Assembly: GCF_018350175.1 (NCBI RefSeq)
Contig: NC_058368.1
Location: 59,088,001 to 59,152,000, forward strand
DNA from: Felis catus
Taxonomy: Eukaryota
Direction of reading: 5' to 3'
Length of the DNA stretch: 64,000 nt
Positions 11,784 through 24,397 of the stretch are shown here, one piece after another. The notes under the pieces are model-generated. The model was not told where the DNA came from. It did not search any database and saw only the letters and a program-made list of their open reading frames with translations. Position 1 is the first letter of the stretch, and the number at the start of each line of letters is the position of its first letter. The translations under genes were made by a program, and so were the position numbers.

Positions 11784-12219
11784 TAAAGGTCTGCAATAAT
11801 CCAAAAGATTACCAAGAAAAGTATATAGATTTTAAAAAACTAAATAAATTCAAATTGTTGCAAAATTCCAGAATATCAAATATGAATCCATTATTTTTTT
11901 AAAAAGTGAAAAAAGAAAACTTTTCTGGAAGGAATCATTAAAATATTTGGATAATTAGCAATAAAAAAAACCACAAAACAGTGAGATAAAATCTTTAAAG
12001 GCTGAGAAAAAAATGTTTTTTCCAGACACCTACCTACCTAATGAGTGTGTGGAATGCAAACAGTTTGGTGTCCTAATTTCCATAATGAAAGAGAGTGCAG
12101 TGTTCACTCAAATTCAAAAGTGGCTAAAGTGAGAATAAAATGTGGACATAGAGAAGGGACTTAGTAAATAAAGTATTTGAAAGATACATTTTGGCTGGTT
12201 TAGAAATATTTCTTCTTTT

Positions 12220-12338
12220 GGGATGCCTGGGTGGCTCAGTCAGTTAAGCGTCCGGCTCTTGGTTTCAGCTCAGGTCATAATCTCACAGTTTGTGGGTTGG
12301 AGCCCTGTGTTGGGCTCTGTGCTGACAGCTAGGAGCCT
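12220..12338 (+). mobile_element. 5' half of a Can-SINE, no tail
   Basis: GGGATGCCTGGGTGGCTCAGTCAGTTAAGCG...GCTGACAGCTAGGAGCCT then an abrupt end. Confidence 0.9.
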
Positions 12339-12344
12339 ATACGT

Positions 12345-12450
12345 ACACTATTAAATTTGATTTTTTCTTACTAATCTGTCCCATGTCAATTTGATTCCTT
12401 GTCTAACTAGAAGGACCATTGAGAGGGATAGGAATTCTTGTTCCCCAACA
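12345..12450 (+). mobile_element. 3' end (U5-like) of an ERV1-type LTR
   Basis: ATTAAA poly(A)-like signal then CTAATCTGTCCCATGTCAATTTGATT...TTCCCCAACA ending in CA; resembles recalled LTR 3' ends. Confidence 0.55.
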
Positions 12451-12769
12451 GTCTCAAATATTATGGTTTTATTTTCTGTTTATTGGTTTATCCCAAATAA
12501 ATAAGACAGCTTGCCTTTAAAAAAGTATGTGTTTTGTCAACTGAGAATATTGTCAGCTACTTGGATATAAAAATCATCTGAATTGTTAATTTTTGTAAAA
12601 GCTATTAAAATTATTTAAGAAACGTTCTCATCATTAGTCTGTGAAAAAAATCCATAATATTAATTTTGCCATCAGAGTTTCTTTCTTTATGAGAGAGTGA
12701 ATTTAGCCAGAATATCTTAAGAAAAACTAAGGATAATATTTTCATTTGTAGATCTGAGATTTTGAAACA

Positions 12770-12991
12770 ATGTTTTTGTTGTTGTTGTTTTTGTTTGTTT
12801 TGGTTCTATTTGACTGTTTTTTTTTTTTTTTTTTGAGAGAAAGAGCAAGCAGGGAAGGGGCAGAGAGAGATCTAAAGTAGGCTCTGCGCTGACAGCAGAG
12901 AGAGCCTGATGCAGGGCTAGAAATCACAAACTGTGAGATTATGACCTGAGCCTAAGTCAGATGTTTAACTGACTGAGTCACCCAGGCACCC
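12770..12991 (-). mobile_element. Can-SINE
   Basis: T-rich tail, GAGATTATGACCTGAGC, TTAACTGACTGAGTCACCCAGGCACCC. Confidence 0.9.
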
Positions 12992-13462
12992 AAAGCAGTT
13001 GTTTTTTAATTTAAAAACGGCCTTGAGTTCCAAGGTTCTCTATCATTTGAAATTGCAGGATACAGGTAGAAACTCTGTGCTATTATTTTCATATATATGT
13101 TTGAAAAACAGTTGTTTATTATCTGAGGTTATATCTGATAAAACTTATTTTAAAAAGTGAAAAATTCAACCTGTGATGAAGTTCAGAATTTCCAAAGCCT
13201 TGCTTATATGGCAATATTTTTCAATCCTGGCTATAGAGATTCTTTAGAATTTCTCTTTGGTGGAACATAGACACTGGCATTCTTATTTTATTTACACAAT
13301 TCATTATCATGCACATCGATGGTTGATACCCAATGCTTTAGAGCTCTGTGCTCAGCATTCTCAGTCAAAAGTTATATAAATATTCTCTTGGGGACAAAAA
13401 ACACAAACAAAACAAAACAAAACACATTAGTTTTCCAATCTCATAGGTATGTGACATTACAT

Positions 13463-13497
13463 CTACATTTGGTCTAGCCAAAAGGCCGAAAAGCAAT
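13463..13497 (-). pseudogene. 3'-truncated (tailless) U2 snRNA retropseudogene
   Basis: Reverse complement ATTGCTTTTCGGCCTTTTGGCTAGACCAAATGTAG versus U2 5' end ATCGCTTCTCGGCCTTTTGGCTAAGATCAAGTGTAG; flanking repeats GTGACATTACATCT and GTGATATCACATCT. Confidence 0.88.
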
Positions 13498-14299
13498 GTG
13501 ATATCACATCTCTGTCTTTGATAGTATCTGCCTGATTTTGCTACAACAGTGCTCTACTTCTAGGTACCAAATTTTGTATGATCTATCTAAACTGAAGAAA
13601 TAAGAAGAATCTAAAATAAAAGTCCTAAACAAATATTGTATTGAACATTTAGTACAGTGGACCTGCCATTATCAGTATATGACTTTCATTCTTAGGGACA
13701 TTTTGTCTCAAGAAGAGTGAGAGAGAAGAGTCTATGCATATCTAACAAGAGTTTCACCTATAAATGACAGACAGAAACATGTTTACAACCCCAATTAGCC
13801 AGAATTCAGATTCAGGCCCATAGGCTGCTACAAGGGAGCCTGGAAATAGTCACTAGCAAAAAGCCAGTGACTAAGTAAACAGATTGTTTTTATTAAAGGG
13901 ATAATAAAAGAATGGATATTCATAATATGCCTAATTGTCTAAAATAAAAATTAGAGAATATACTGTTTTATGTAGAGGGATACTTTCATTTTAACTTTGT
14001 ATATGGTAGAAAATATAATATTTTAAAAGTTATAATATCTACTAAAAATACATCGTTCTTTAAAAGAAGTACTTGAATTTGCAAGGATAATAAAAACAAT
14101 GGTGTCGAATTCCGTGCAAATTAATGTTATATATAATCTCACCTGATTTGTGACAAATGTTCTACAATAATTCTATGGGGAAATTAATATAATATGGAAC
14201 TGAAACAACTAGATATCTTTATGACATAAGTAATTCCTAGTCTCTATATCAAGTGTACACAATTTGACATAAATGATAGATGTGATAATAAGGTAAAAT

Positions 14300-15315
14300 T
14301 ATTATCTAGAAAAACGCTTAAGGAAATAACATGTAAACTTAGGGTAGGCAAAGATTTCTTAAACAGAATACAAACCACAAACTCTACTGATAAATGGTAC
14401 TTCCATAAAATAAAGAACTATTCTTATGAAAGAATTTAGAGAGATGGCAAAATCATAAGCTAGAGTTTGGGAAAAAATATACTTGCTTTTTAAATACAGA
14501 TAAGACACTTATATCCAGTATATAAAATGATTTTTAAGTCAATATTTAAAAAAAAGAAAAACAAAAACAAAAAACAAAAGATGGACATTTAAGAAAGAAG
14601 ATATCTAGATTATCAGTATTATTATCAGATAAATACAGTTAAAATCATAAATTATTTATCTGAGTGACTAAAATTAAAGAAACAGAAAATAGCAGGTGTT
14701 GGCAAGGATTTGGAGGAATTATAACTCTTATACTTTGATAGTGGGAATGTGCATTGTGTTATCCATTTTGGATAATTGTCAGTTTCTACTAAAGCTAATA
14801 TATGCTAATCTATTAATGTGTCCTCTGGCAACATATCCAAAATAAACTAATGCTTACATATATCTAAAACACATGCCAAAATGTTTATAGTGGATTACTC
14901 TCAATTGTACAATACTGGACATTACCTAGTGCTCATTAACAGAAAAATGCAAAAATAAATGCTGATATATGTCCACAATTGAATACTATGAAGCAACAAA
15001 ACTATTTTGAATACTAATACAAACAGTGGTATAAATGAATCTCAAAGTCTTTACCATAAGGAAAAGACAATAACAATATAAAAGCATATTTTGTTTCCAT
15101 TTATATGAAATTCAAAAACATTAAAACTGATATAGACTGATAGAGTTTTTAGTTTTGTTTACATCTTTGGGAAGGGTTTGAGTGGGAGAGAACTTGAGTA
15201 TGGTGCTAAATATTCTATACCTTGACTGGTTTTGTGTCCACATGTGTACAATAATTTATTGAGTGTGTACTTAAGATTTGTACAGTTAACTTCATGTAAA
15301 CAATAGATCAACTAA
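14300..15315 (+). mobile_element. Ancient L1M (L1MC/L1ME-like) ORF2 end and 3' UTR
   Basis: TTAGGGTAGGCAAAGATTTCTTAAACAG, GGTGTTGGCAAGGATTTGGAG, CCATTTATATGAAATTCAAAAACA. Confidence 0.75.
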
Positions 15316-16079
15316 ATTATATCTTTTCATGCTTTCAAATTAATTGCCTTGTACATTTGCAAAGTTTCGATACATAGCAAATAGTATAATTTACCTGATT
15401 CACTATTTTGTGGGATCTTACTCTAATACTGACTTTGTTTACAATGTGTTTATATGTTAAAAATGCAAGTCTTTAATACCATCACACAACTTATTAATTT
15501 AGAGCAACATTTTTTCTACATTTCTTCCTCTGAGTGCAATGTACTAAATATGCTCTACTATGTAACTATAACTAACTTGATTCTTCTACCTATGACCAAG
15601 AAATGTATCTAAAGCAACTATTCAGTATTGTTCAGTTGATTCAGTATTGTAGTTGATAAAAATGTGTATATTTTTAATGAAATTTATACAGATTATTACA
15701 GAATGGTAGTAGTTTTTTTGTTACCCTGTGATCCCTTGAACCAATGACTCATATGCAAAGTTTCTGGTAAAGTACATTAACTAATACATACCAGAAGACA
15801 AAAAGTCACTGGTATCAGGGACATCTGTCTTAACTACCTCCAATTGTTACAGAAAATAGAATCTCTTTATATTTCATCCTCAGGATCCAAATAGTACCTG
15901 GCATGTAATGTATGAAAAATAAATATGTATTAAAACCAGAAACACAGATTATTATTAAATTCATGATCAGACTTATCAAATATATTTACACATTTTACCT
16001 AACTTACTTAGCTAACAGAATATAGTTATAGAATAACTATTAAATAAAGCATCCATCTATGTGTAGTTGTGTGGAATTA

Positions 16080-16099
16080 AAATTTTAATCAACTCTCAG

Positions 16100-16138
<39 letters not shown>

Positions 16139-16142
16139 TTAT
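16080..16142. repeat. (TATT)n microsatellite
   Basis: About 10 TTTA units at 16100-16142. Confidence 0.85.
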
Positions 16143-17249
16143 GTAAATATCTATTTACATATTTAAACACATTTTATACTATTTTATCTTATCTTTATAC
16201 CACTATGAAGGGTGTCTATTCACTAATTAATTTCAATATATATTCAAAATATAATGTGGTAGGTACTGCTTTATATAGGTAAGAAAAAATACAAGGTAAT
16301 TATTCTGATGGTTTATTATGTAGTAAACAACACATAAACAAGTTAAATGTAAATATTAATACACATATTAATGATATTTCTAGCACCATTAAAATTTTAT
16401 GACTACATAAAGAATAAGAAAAAGAAATAAAGCTTAGAATATTTTATATATTTTCTTCTTCTATCTTCTTCCAAAAATATATTTGCAATAAAAATGTATA
16501 TTTATGAATTAAAACATTTGAATGATTCTTAGTCTGCTGGAATCCTTGAGTACAATTTTGTGGAGTATACATTTAAGAAACCTTGGCATTTTTTTTTTGG
16601 TGCAATATTGATTTGGTTAATTAAATAAGTCACTTTTGACATTTGAAATCAGAATATTAACCTTTCATTTCTCCATTATTCCCTCAACTTATGGGATCAA
16701 GAGAGCAAACTGAAATGGAACCATATGGTTCTAGTGTCCTTTGAACATGCATTCACTAAATTCAAATGCACTGTACTTTTGATTTCCTTTAAGATAATTC
16801 TATTCCTCAAAATTAAATTTATAATAGATGTGCCCTTAAATTTGTCTTTGCAATCTGCAATTACCCCTTAATAGTTTAAAGATACTTTAAGAAAATAACC
16901 TATGGAGATAGAAGACCAGTGTAGACTATAAGAGAATCTGTTTGAAAGGTTATCATTTTCAAGATAACTTGCTGGTGGATAAAATATTTTGTATTATTAA
17001 AACATATAAATGTGAATTTTCCAACATTTTTTATTCAAAATATGTGAGATATTTTACGGGAAAATCTGCTAATATTAAAGCCATGTTCAGTGAGTACTGT
17101 TGATGTAGGAATCATATTTTCTTTTCTAAATTATGAAATTGAAAATGAAAACACAAATACCTGAAAAAATTACAAAAATAAATACAGTATTTAAACCAAC
17201 AATCCATAGTCTTCAAGATGAAACATACCCATACTAGACAATACTTTAT

Positions 17250-17481
17250 TTTATTTTATAGTTTATTTTGTTTTAATGTTTATGTATTTTTGAGAGAAAG
17301 AGAGAGAGAGAGAGAGAGAGTGCATGGGGAGAGGGTCAGAGAGAGGGGGACAGAGGTTCTGAAATGAGTTCTGTGCTGAGAGGAGATAGCCCCACCCGGG
17401 GCTCAAACTCGGGAACCATGAGATCTTGACCTAAGTTTAAGTGAAATCAGACACTTAACTGACTGAGCCACCCTGGCTCCA
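17250..17481 (-). mobile_element. Can-SINE (older)
   Basis: (GA)n tract, CACTTAACTGACTGAGCCACCC; TSD-like ACAATACTTTA/ACAATATTTTA. Confidence 0.9.
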
Positions 17482-19605
17482 GAAACAATATTTTAAATTT
17501 TGGCAATCTAAAACTCATTTTGGAAGATGTATTTTATTATTTATTATAATTAGTATCAATTAATGTGATCAGAAACATTAATTCCTCAGTCTTTTGTGGG
17601 TTATCTTCTTACAAATAATACTAGTGTGTTCCAATCATATATTCAGTACTTGCTTGTCATTAAGTTACACAATTAGAAGAAAACACTGAACTTCAAAGCT
17701 ACTTAAAATATTAATTTAACCAGATAAAACCATATAAACTTGATAAAACCTTAAATTTATTATTTGTTACTAAAATGAATGGTGATATGATAGAATGTTT
17801 TACCAATACCACACCCTAGTGTTCTGTACAGAAAAGACTACATGGGTGACTATTACATTTACAAATATAAATCAGGGTGTTTTGATTACTTTAAAGGAAA
17901 AGACAAAGACACTCCTATCAAGATAAATAAGGGTTGGCCTAATGAGATGATGCCAAAGTAAAGTAGTCCTCTCAGGTTATTTAGTAGTGAAATCAATAAA
18001 AAAATATCTCCCAGGTCAGATGGAGGTGCAAATTAGTAAACACAAATTAAATTCCAGCAACAGCTAAATGTTATTTTCCAACGGGCTTGTACTGCAATTA
18101 TCTGTAGATAAGGCCAGTTATACAATACATTTATAGATGTTTTTGGGTCTCCACATCTGCTATGTAGAGAGTGTATCTGTTGAATAGTCAGAAGACTTTT
18201 GACACTCGTATCTGGAAGGCTTAGTATAAGTGATTGACCCCTAAAAGGAATAACTTATAGATCTGAACTTTTGTAACATGTTCCATAGTTTATTTAATTT
18301 TCAAAACACAGATCAGTGGCAGTTATTTGGAATTCTCTCAAAAAGTGAAGTAATGTCCCAGCAGTTTTAAAAGAAAATAATATAGTCCATCTGCAAATCA
18401 GGGTGCATTGTATTTACAGCTATATCTGCTGCCATGTAACCATGACATCTAAAAGCCTCTCCCTTTGCCATGAAGAGTCTCCACATATCTCTGCCAGTCT
18501 CAAAATAAAAGGATGCATTTTAAACAATTTCCTTTTTTTTTTTCAGCCACAGCTATTTGTCCAGAAGTCGTCAATCTGAATTATGAAGTCATCTTTGTTC
18601 TGCAAAAAGGTTTGGAATCTTTAGTAACTTCTAAGGATTTGATATGCATAAGTAAGTGGTTGCAATCCTGATAATAGTTTATCCTTGTTTAATTAGACAG
18701 ACTGTCTCATTATGAGACCTAATAAGAAGATTTAAATGGTGAACTCATTTGAGGCAGGTTTGAGACTTTCCTCCACTCATGATGGCTCAGTTCTGATTTC
18801 TTCAGGGACAGACATTCAGGCAGGTAACAGAAAAAACATTATAAAGACTACAAAAGATAAATGGGAATAGAAATACTGAGGATGAGACATCAGAATAATC
18901 ATACTTGAAATTACTTGATAATTGACTTTTCCTTGCATGGGATTTTTCTAATTATAATTATTATTAAAATGATGATTTGACCTAGATAAAATAGTTTATC
19001 TCTGTGAGTCACTGGAAGCACAGTCTTCATTTCATTTTCTATCTATTCATATTACTTACAACATAAAAGAGCAAAATCGTACACCTCATTCCAATTTTGA
19101 AACAGAAATAATAAAAATAATAGACTCCTTATCAATGACAAGAATTTGAAGAATACAGAGTGTTTATACCATTGTTCTATTATTTTTTCTTTAATGCGTT
19201 TATACTTATAGTGAGTCTGGATTAGCTGTAAGGCTGAGAATATCTTCCTTACTTTTTTACTCTGTCTCAAATCTAAAATGTTGGCACACATTGCATTATG
19301 TAAGACAATTGTTATCTTTTCAAGTGAGCACTGACCCCTTGCGCTGGCTTTAGGATTCATATTTCACCCCCATACAGAGGAAAGTCTGTTCCAGAGTCTG
19401 GGTGATACTATGGTTCCATCATTCAAATTCTATCAGTTCCACACAATATTTCATTGATGTATTGCACAAAATGTCACCCCATAAGGATGAAAATGTATTT
19501 TTATTAATTTTTAGTTTATTTATATTTATTTTTGTAATAGGTAAGTCATTACGCAAATAATCAAATAAGAAATGTCCTACACCAGATTTTAAAATTCATC
19601 AATCA

Positions 19606-19820
19606 GGGGCGCCTGGGAGGCGCAGTCGGTTAAGCGTCCGACTTCAGCCAGGTCACGATCTCGCGGTCCGTAAGTTCGAGCCCCGCGTCGGGCTCTGGGC
19701 TGATGGCTCAGAGCCTGGAGCATGTTTCCAATTCTGTGTCTCCCTCTCTCTCTGCTCCTCCCCCGTTCATGCTCTGTCTCTCTCTGTCCCAAAAATAAAA
19801 TAAACGTTGAAAAAAAATTT
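19606..19820 (+). mobile_element. Young felid Can-SINE
   Basis: Full head with CpGs retained; TSD TAAAATTCATCAATCA. Confidence 0.95.
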
Positions 19821-20398
19821 TAAAATTCATCAATCATCTTCAAAAAACAGTAAACTTGTATATGCACATATGTGTGTGCATCTGTGTGTGAAAAATAAAT
19901 TGTGGTGAATCTTAATAAATTTACTACAGATTAGTTAAGTGAAGAAAAATAAGTTATTATATTGGAAATTAGTTCATGTTAAGATTTAGAAATGGCCTAT
20001 GTAATTTTTTAATTTAGATGAAATGAAATCTGTGAATGTTAACACTTATAAGGATGCTGAAGATGATGATGACTATGCTAGTGATTAATATGATTGATGG
20101 ATGGATTGATTGATTATAGATAGCAGATCGTCTTTGGAGTCCTTTGCCTATTATCAATTGTTTGAGCTTTAAATTGAATGGTATTTTTGTTAAAATTTAT
20201 TAGTCTTAGGAGAACTTAAGGAAGAGAGATGTGGGGCGGTTTTCCTAAAACGGTACAGCTTGTGAGTGATTCAGCTAATTCCTCAGCACAAAATGCATTA
20301 GAGTAAAAGTCGTGATTTGTAGTATTAAGCTAATGACTTACTAAAAAAGTTATGACATATCTTAAATATATTTTAACAGTATGATTTTCTCTAATAGT

Positions 20399-20487
20399 GA
20401 TAATATAAAATTATGAAATGTATCATATTAAAATGTTAGCGATAATATGATAAAGTTATGAAATGTTATCATATTAAAATGTTAAGC
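20399..20487. repeat. Imperfect tandem duplication, 2 x ~43-47 bp
   Basis: GATAATAT..TTATGAAATG(T)TATCATATTAAAATGTTA(A)GC occurs twice head to tail. Confidence 0.85.
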
Positions 20488-20885
20488 AACCAATATATAT
20501 CTATTGAAATGACAGAAAGTGACTGAATAGAATGAAAAAAATGAGGTCTAGTACTTACATTAGTTTATATGCCATGATGTCCTATCAAATTTTTAAACTG
20601 TAATAAATGTGTTTTGTTTTATGTAACTCATATACCCTTTTGTTTGAGCAAAATAATTAGGTTGAAAAGATTGTTTCTTAGAGTCAAGGACTCAGAATTA
20701 TTCTGCTAATTGTATAGGTGCCCTCCAAATGAAAACACAATATATTTTTTAAGAGAATGAAAAACATTAATGAGTCAAGTATGATTTTGTTTAGTTAAAC
20801 ATGTCATTCCTTAACTGAGAGGAAATAAGGCAGTAAGCCCGGCTCTTGTCCAGATATTAATTTTGGGGGCGAAATACTAAGATGA

Positions 20886-21269
20886 TGTACTAGTTTGCTG
20901 TCGTTGACATAACAAAATACCACAGGCTGTGGGGTGGAAAAACAGAAACTTATTTTCTCACAATTCTGAAGGCGAGTAGTCCAACCTCAAGTTGTTAGCA
21001 AGGTTGGGTTCTTTTTAGTCTCTCTCTGTTACTTGGACATGGCCATCTGCCTCTTGTGTCTTCACATGATCTTCCCTTTTTCTGTGTCTGTGTAAGAGTT
21101 TCCTCTTACACAGGACGGTGTCCTATATGGACACCTGCCATATAGGAATTGGGGTCGCCACAATGACCTCATTTAAACTTAATTATCTCTTTAAAGTCAC
21201 ATTCTGAAGTAGTGAAATTTAAGATTCAACATATGAATTTGGGGGGGACCACAAATTCAGCCCATAACA
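20886..21269 (-). mobile_element. MLT1 (ERVL-MaLR) solo LTR
   Basis: TG...ATAACAAAATACCACAG...TTTTCTCACAATTCTG...TTCAACATATGAATTTGGGGGGGACCACAAATTCAGCCCATAACA. Confidence 0.85.
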
Positions 21270-21659
21270 GGTGGTATAGATACATTTGGGATGATTTTAT
21301 GCTGTCTGAAGTCAGGAAACAAAAATTAGGCTTCTGAGGCCTGTCCTTTTTCTTTATGAATATACATAGAGGGCATATTAAATATATAAAAGTGGGATAG
21401 GTATATTATTAGCCTAATTAACAGAGTAGACATATTTCTGACACTTGGAATCTGGGGGAAAAGCTAAATACAGGATTGTCTTTGCATGAGAGCTAAAATG
21501 AAAGAAAACAGAAAGGGGTTAACTTCTAACTAGACAGCAGGTATTTTTCGTCCCTTTCTGTGTTTGGTGCAGACACAGTTGAGTTGCAGTAGGCAATCAG
21601 GGATGTGGCTAAGATGCAGTAGCCAGAATAATAATCCCTTTAAGAAATTTGTGGCCTGA

Positions 21660-21852
21660 GGGGCGCCTGGGTGGCATCCGACTTCGGCTCAGGTCATGAT
21701 CTCACGGTTCATGAGTTCGAGCCCTGTGTCAGGCTCTGTGCTGACAGCACAGAGTCTGGAGCCTGCTTCGGATTCTGTGTCTCCCTCCCTTTGCTCCTCC
21801 CCCACTCATGCTCTCTCAGTCTCTCAAAAATAAATAAAATTAAAAAAAAAAA
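21660..21852 (+). mobile_element. Can-SINE with a short deletion in the A-box region
   Basis: GGGGCGCCTGGGTGGC joined to ATCCGACTTCGG; TSD AAGAAATT(TG/CA)TGGCCT. Confidence 0.9.
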
Positions 21853-21989
21853 AAGAAATTCATGGCCTTTTCTCTGGAACCTGCAAATACCAGTTGTTTA
21901 CCTGGCAAAAAAGAATTAAAATTACAAATCAGCTGACTGTAAGTAGTTGCTCTGGATTACAAGAACAAGCTCACTATCTAACAAGCATT

Positions 21990-22215
21990 CTTAAAGATGG
22001 AAGAGACAGTATAAGAGTGATGCAACATGAGAAAGACTTGACTGACTTCTATGGCTGGCTTTGAAGATAGAAAGAGGCCACTGGCCAAGGAATCCAGACA
22101 TATTCTAGAAACTGGAAAAATTATTGAAATTGATTCTATTTAGAGCCTTCAATAAAATGCATCTCTGTCAACATTCTGGTTTTACTAATTTTTATAGTAG
22201 CAATAAGAATACATA
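21990..22215 (+). mobile_element. MLT1 LTR fragment
   Basis: GCTGGCTTTGAAGATAGAAAGAGGCCACTGGCCAAGGAAT...TCTAGAAACTGGAAAA...TTATAGTAGCAATAAGAA. Confidence 0.65.
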
Positions 22216-23731
22216 GGAGAACATCAAGATAAATTCAGTAAAACAAATCTGTCCCTGAGAGATGGGAAAAAAAGAATCCATGTTTATAAGAGAGAGAAAT
22301 CCAAATGAAGAACAGTCCCAAAGAAATGGATGTATCTTGCTAAAGAAAGACTGAGACTGAGCAAATTTCTAGGTCCTGTTCACCTTGAAACACCAAAAGA
22401 CTTTGATATAATTGAGACTAAAAAGCCCTAGTAGGATTTAGAGGTAAAACAAACAACCACACAAACACAAGAACTTGTGTTTATAGTTACTTTCCTTAGT
22501 GAATAAAACTGCTAATCAGAAATTCAAAATACAAATGTCTATCCATAGTACCATGATTAGCCAATCCTCAGCCAGACTTCAAGTAAAAAAAAAAATCAGT
22601 TATTGGTGCACAGGAGCAAGAAAGCCACTCTTTTTTTTAACCTCTAGATTTTGCCTAAAAATTGCATATCATACTAAAGGATTTAAGTCAAAATGGTACA
22701 CCCTAAAAAGTGCCTTTGTTTTTTGTTCTCTATGGGTAGTATGCATTTGCCATAAATCAAAATAGGATAGGAGGTCCATAAGACAACTGAAGAGAAATCT
22801 GCCTGGAGGCTACTGGAAAAGCTTCTTAATAAGTTGGTTCTTACAATTTTCCCAGCAGACTACATTAGTAAATTTTCCAGGCAGTTCCATAGGGAAAAAG
22901 AAAGAGACAGAGCTCAGCAGTTTCTCTGAATTGAGGGCATGGGGATGGGAAGCCAGGGAGAGCAACAAGGACTGTATTTAGAATCCACAGGGCACAATAC
23001 CAGAGAGAAAACTGCACAGAGACAGAGATCTCTGGAGATTTGCAGATGACCCCATGAGAGTCTTAAACTGATTTCCAACAAGGATATGTATATGAAGAAA
23101 TTCTTCATGCTGAGAAAGGAGCCACACAAAAGAACTAGAGCAACCCCAGGAGCACATACAAGGATGGCAACATTTCTGCCCTCATCAGCAACAGTCACAG
23201 GACGTCAGATATAAAAAGCCATAGCGTTTGTCTCAGTCTTTGATTGAAATATATAGTAAACATTGTTCTAGTTAAACATAGCAAACCTTAAAACCAAGAA
23301 CTAAAAAGACCAATTGTTTTTAAGCAACTTAATATTATAACAGAAGAAAGCGCAAGAATATTTGTAAAAATATGAAATATACATCATCCAACAAAGTAAA
23401 ATTTGTAATGTCTAGAATCAGAAAAAAAAATTACCAGGTATGTAAAGCAGCAGGAAAATATGACCCATAAGGGAAAGAAATAACTATATAGATAAATATA
23501 TTTTCTCTTATTTGCATATTTTTAAAGATAATTATTTGTTAAAAAGTAGTAACAATTTTTGTGTGGTTATAATATTTTAGTAGTAAAATATATGACAAAA
23601 CTAGTACAAAGGCTGTTCAGGAAGAAATGGTAGCATCCTGCCTTAAGGTTCTTATGCTACATGCAACATAGTATAAAATCACTTAAAAGTAGATTCTAAC
23701 AAGTTAAAAATATATATTGTGGAGGCTAAAG

Positions 23732-23920
23732 CAAGGTTTCTCTAAGTTGGCACTGTTGGTGTTTTTGGACAGATGACTCTGTTGTGGAAGGCTATCTTCT
23801 GCATTGTAGAATGTTTAGCAGTATCTCCTGCCTCTACCCGCTAGTCACATCCTTCAGTGTGTCTTGATGTATCGTCAAAAGACATCTAGGGAGAAAAACT
23901 TCCCAACCTAAACAACTGGA
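23732..23920 (+). mobile_element. MER20-like hAT-Charlie element
   Basis: GGTTTCTCTAAGTTGGCACTGTTG...TGCATTGTAGAATGTTTAGCAGTATCTCCTGCCTCTACCCGCTAG. Confidence 0.75.
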
Positions 23921-24166
23921 GGCCTAAACCAACTAATACCATATTATAATAAAGAGTAATTCCTCATAAGTCAACAAAAGAGATAAAATAGAATTATAAA
24001 AATATTAAATTAATTTAGAAGTGGACAGACGCAAGAAAGATACAGCATAAACAGAAAATAAATAACATGATGGTGCATTTAAACTCAGTTGTATCAATGA
24101 TCACAAAATATAACTGACTCAAGTAAAAGGCAGGGGTTCTCAGATTTGAATTAAAAGACAAGGCCT

Positions 24167-24397
24167 GGGGTGCCTAAGTGGCCTGTTGGTTAGGCATCCA
24201 ACTCTTGATTTCAGTTCAGGTCATGATCTCAGCGTTCACGGGATCGAGACTTGCACTGGGCTCTATGCTGATAGTGTGGAGCCTGCCTGAGATTGTCTCT
24301 CTCCCTCTCTCTGCTCCTATCTTACTCAAGCGCAAGTGCGCGCATGCACTCTCTTCCTCGCTCTCTCTCAAATAAATAAAATTTTTAAAATTTGTAA
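24167..24397 (+). mobile_element. Can-SINE (older)
   Basis: GGGGTGCCTAAGTGGC...CAGGTCATGATCTC; TSD ACAAGGCC. Confidence 0.9.

Noticed and set aside
4580..12338. SINE halves at 4580-4700 and 12220-12338 as one element split by rearrangement
   Set aside because: They overlap in consensus coordinates, differ in the overlap and are in the wrong order
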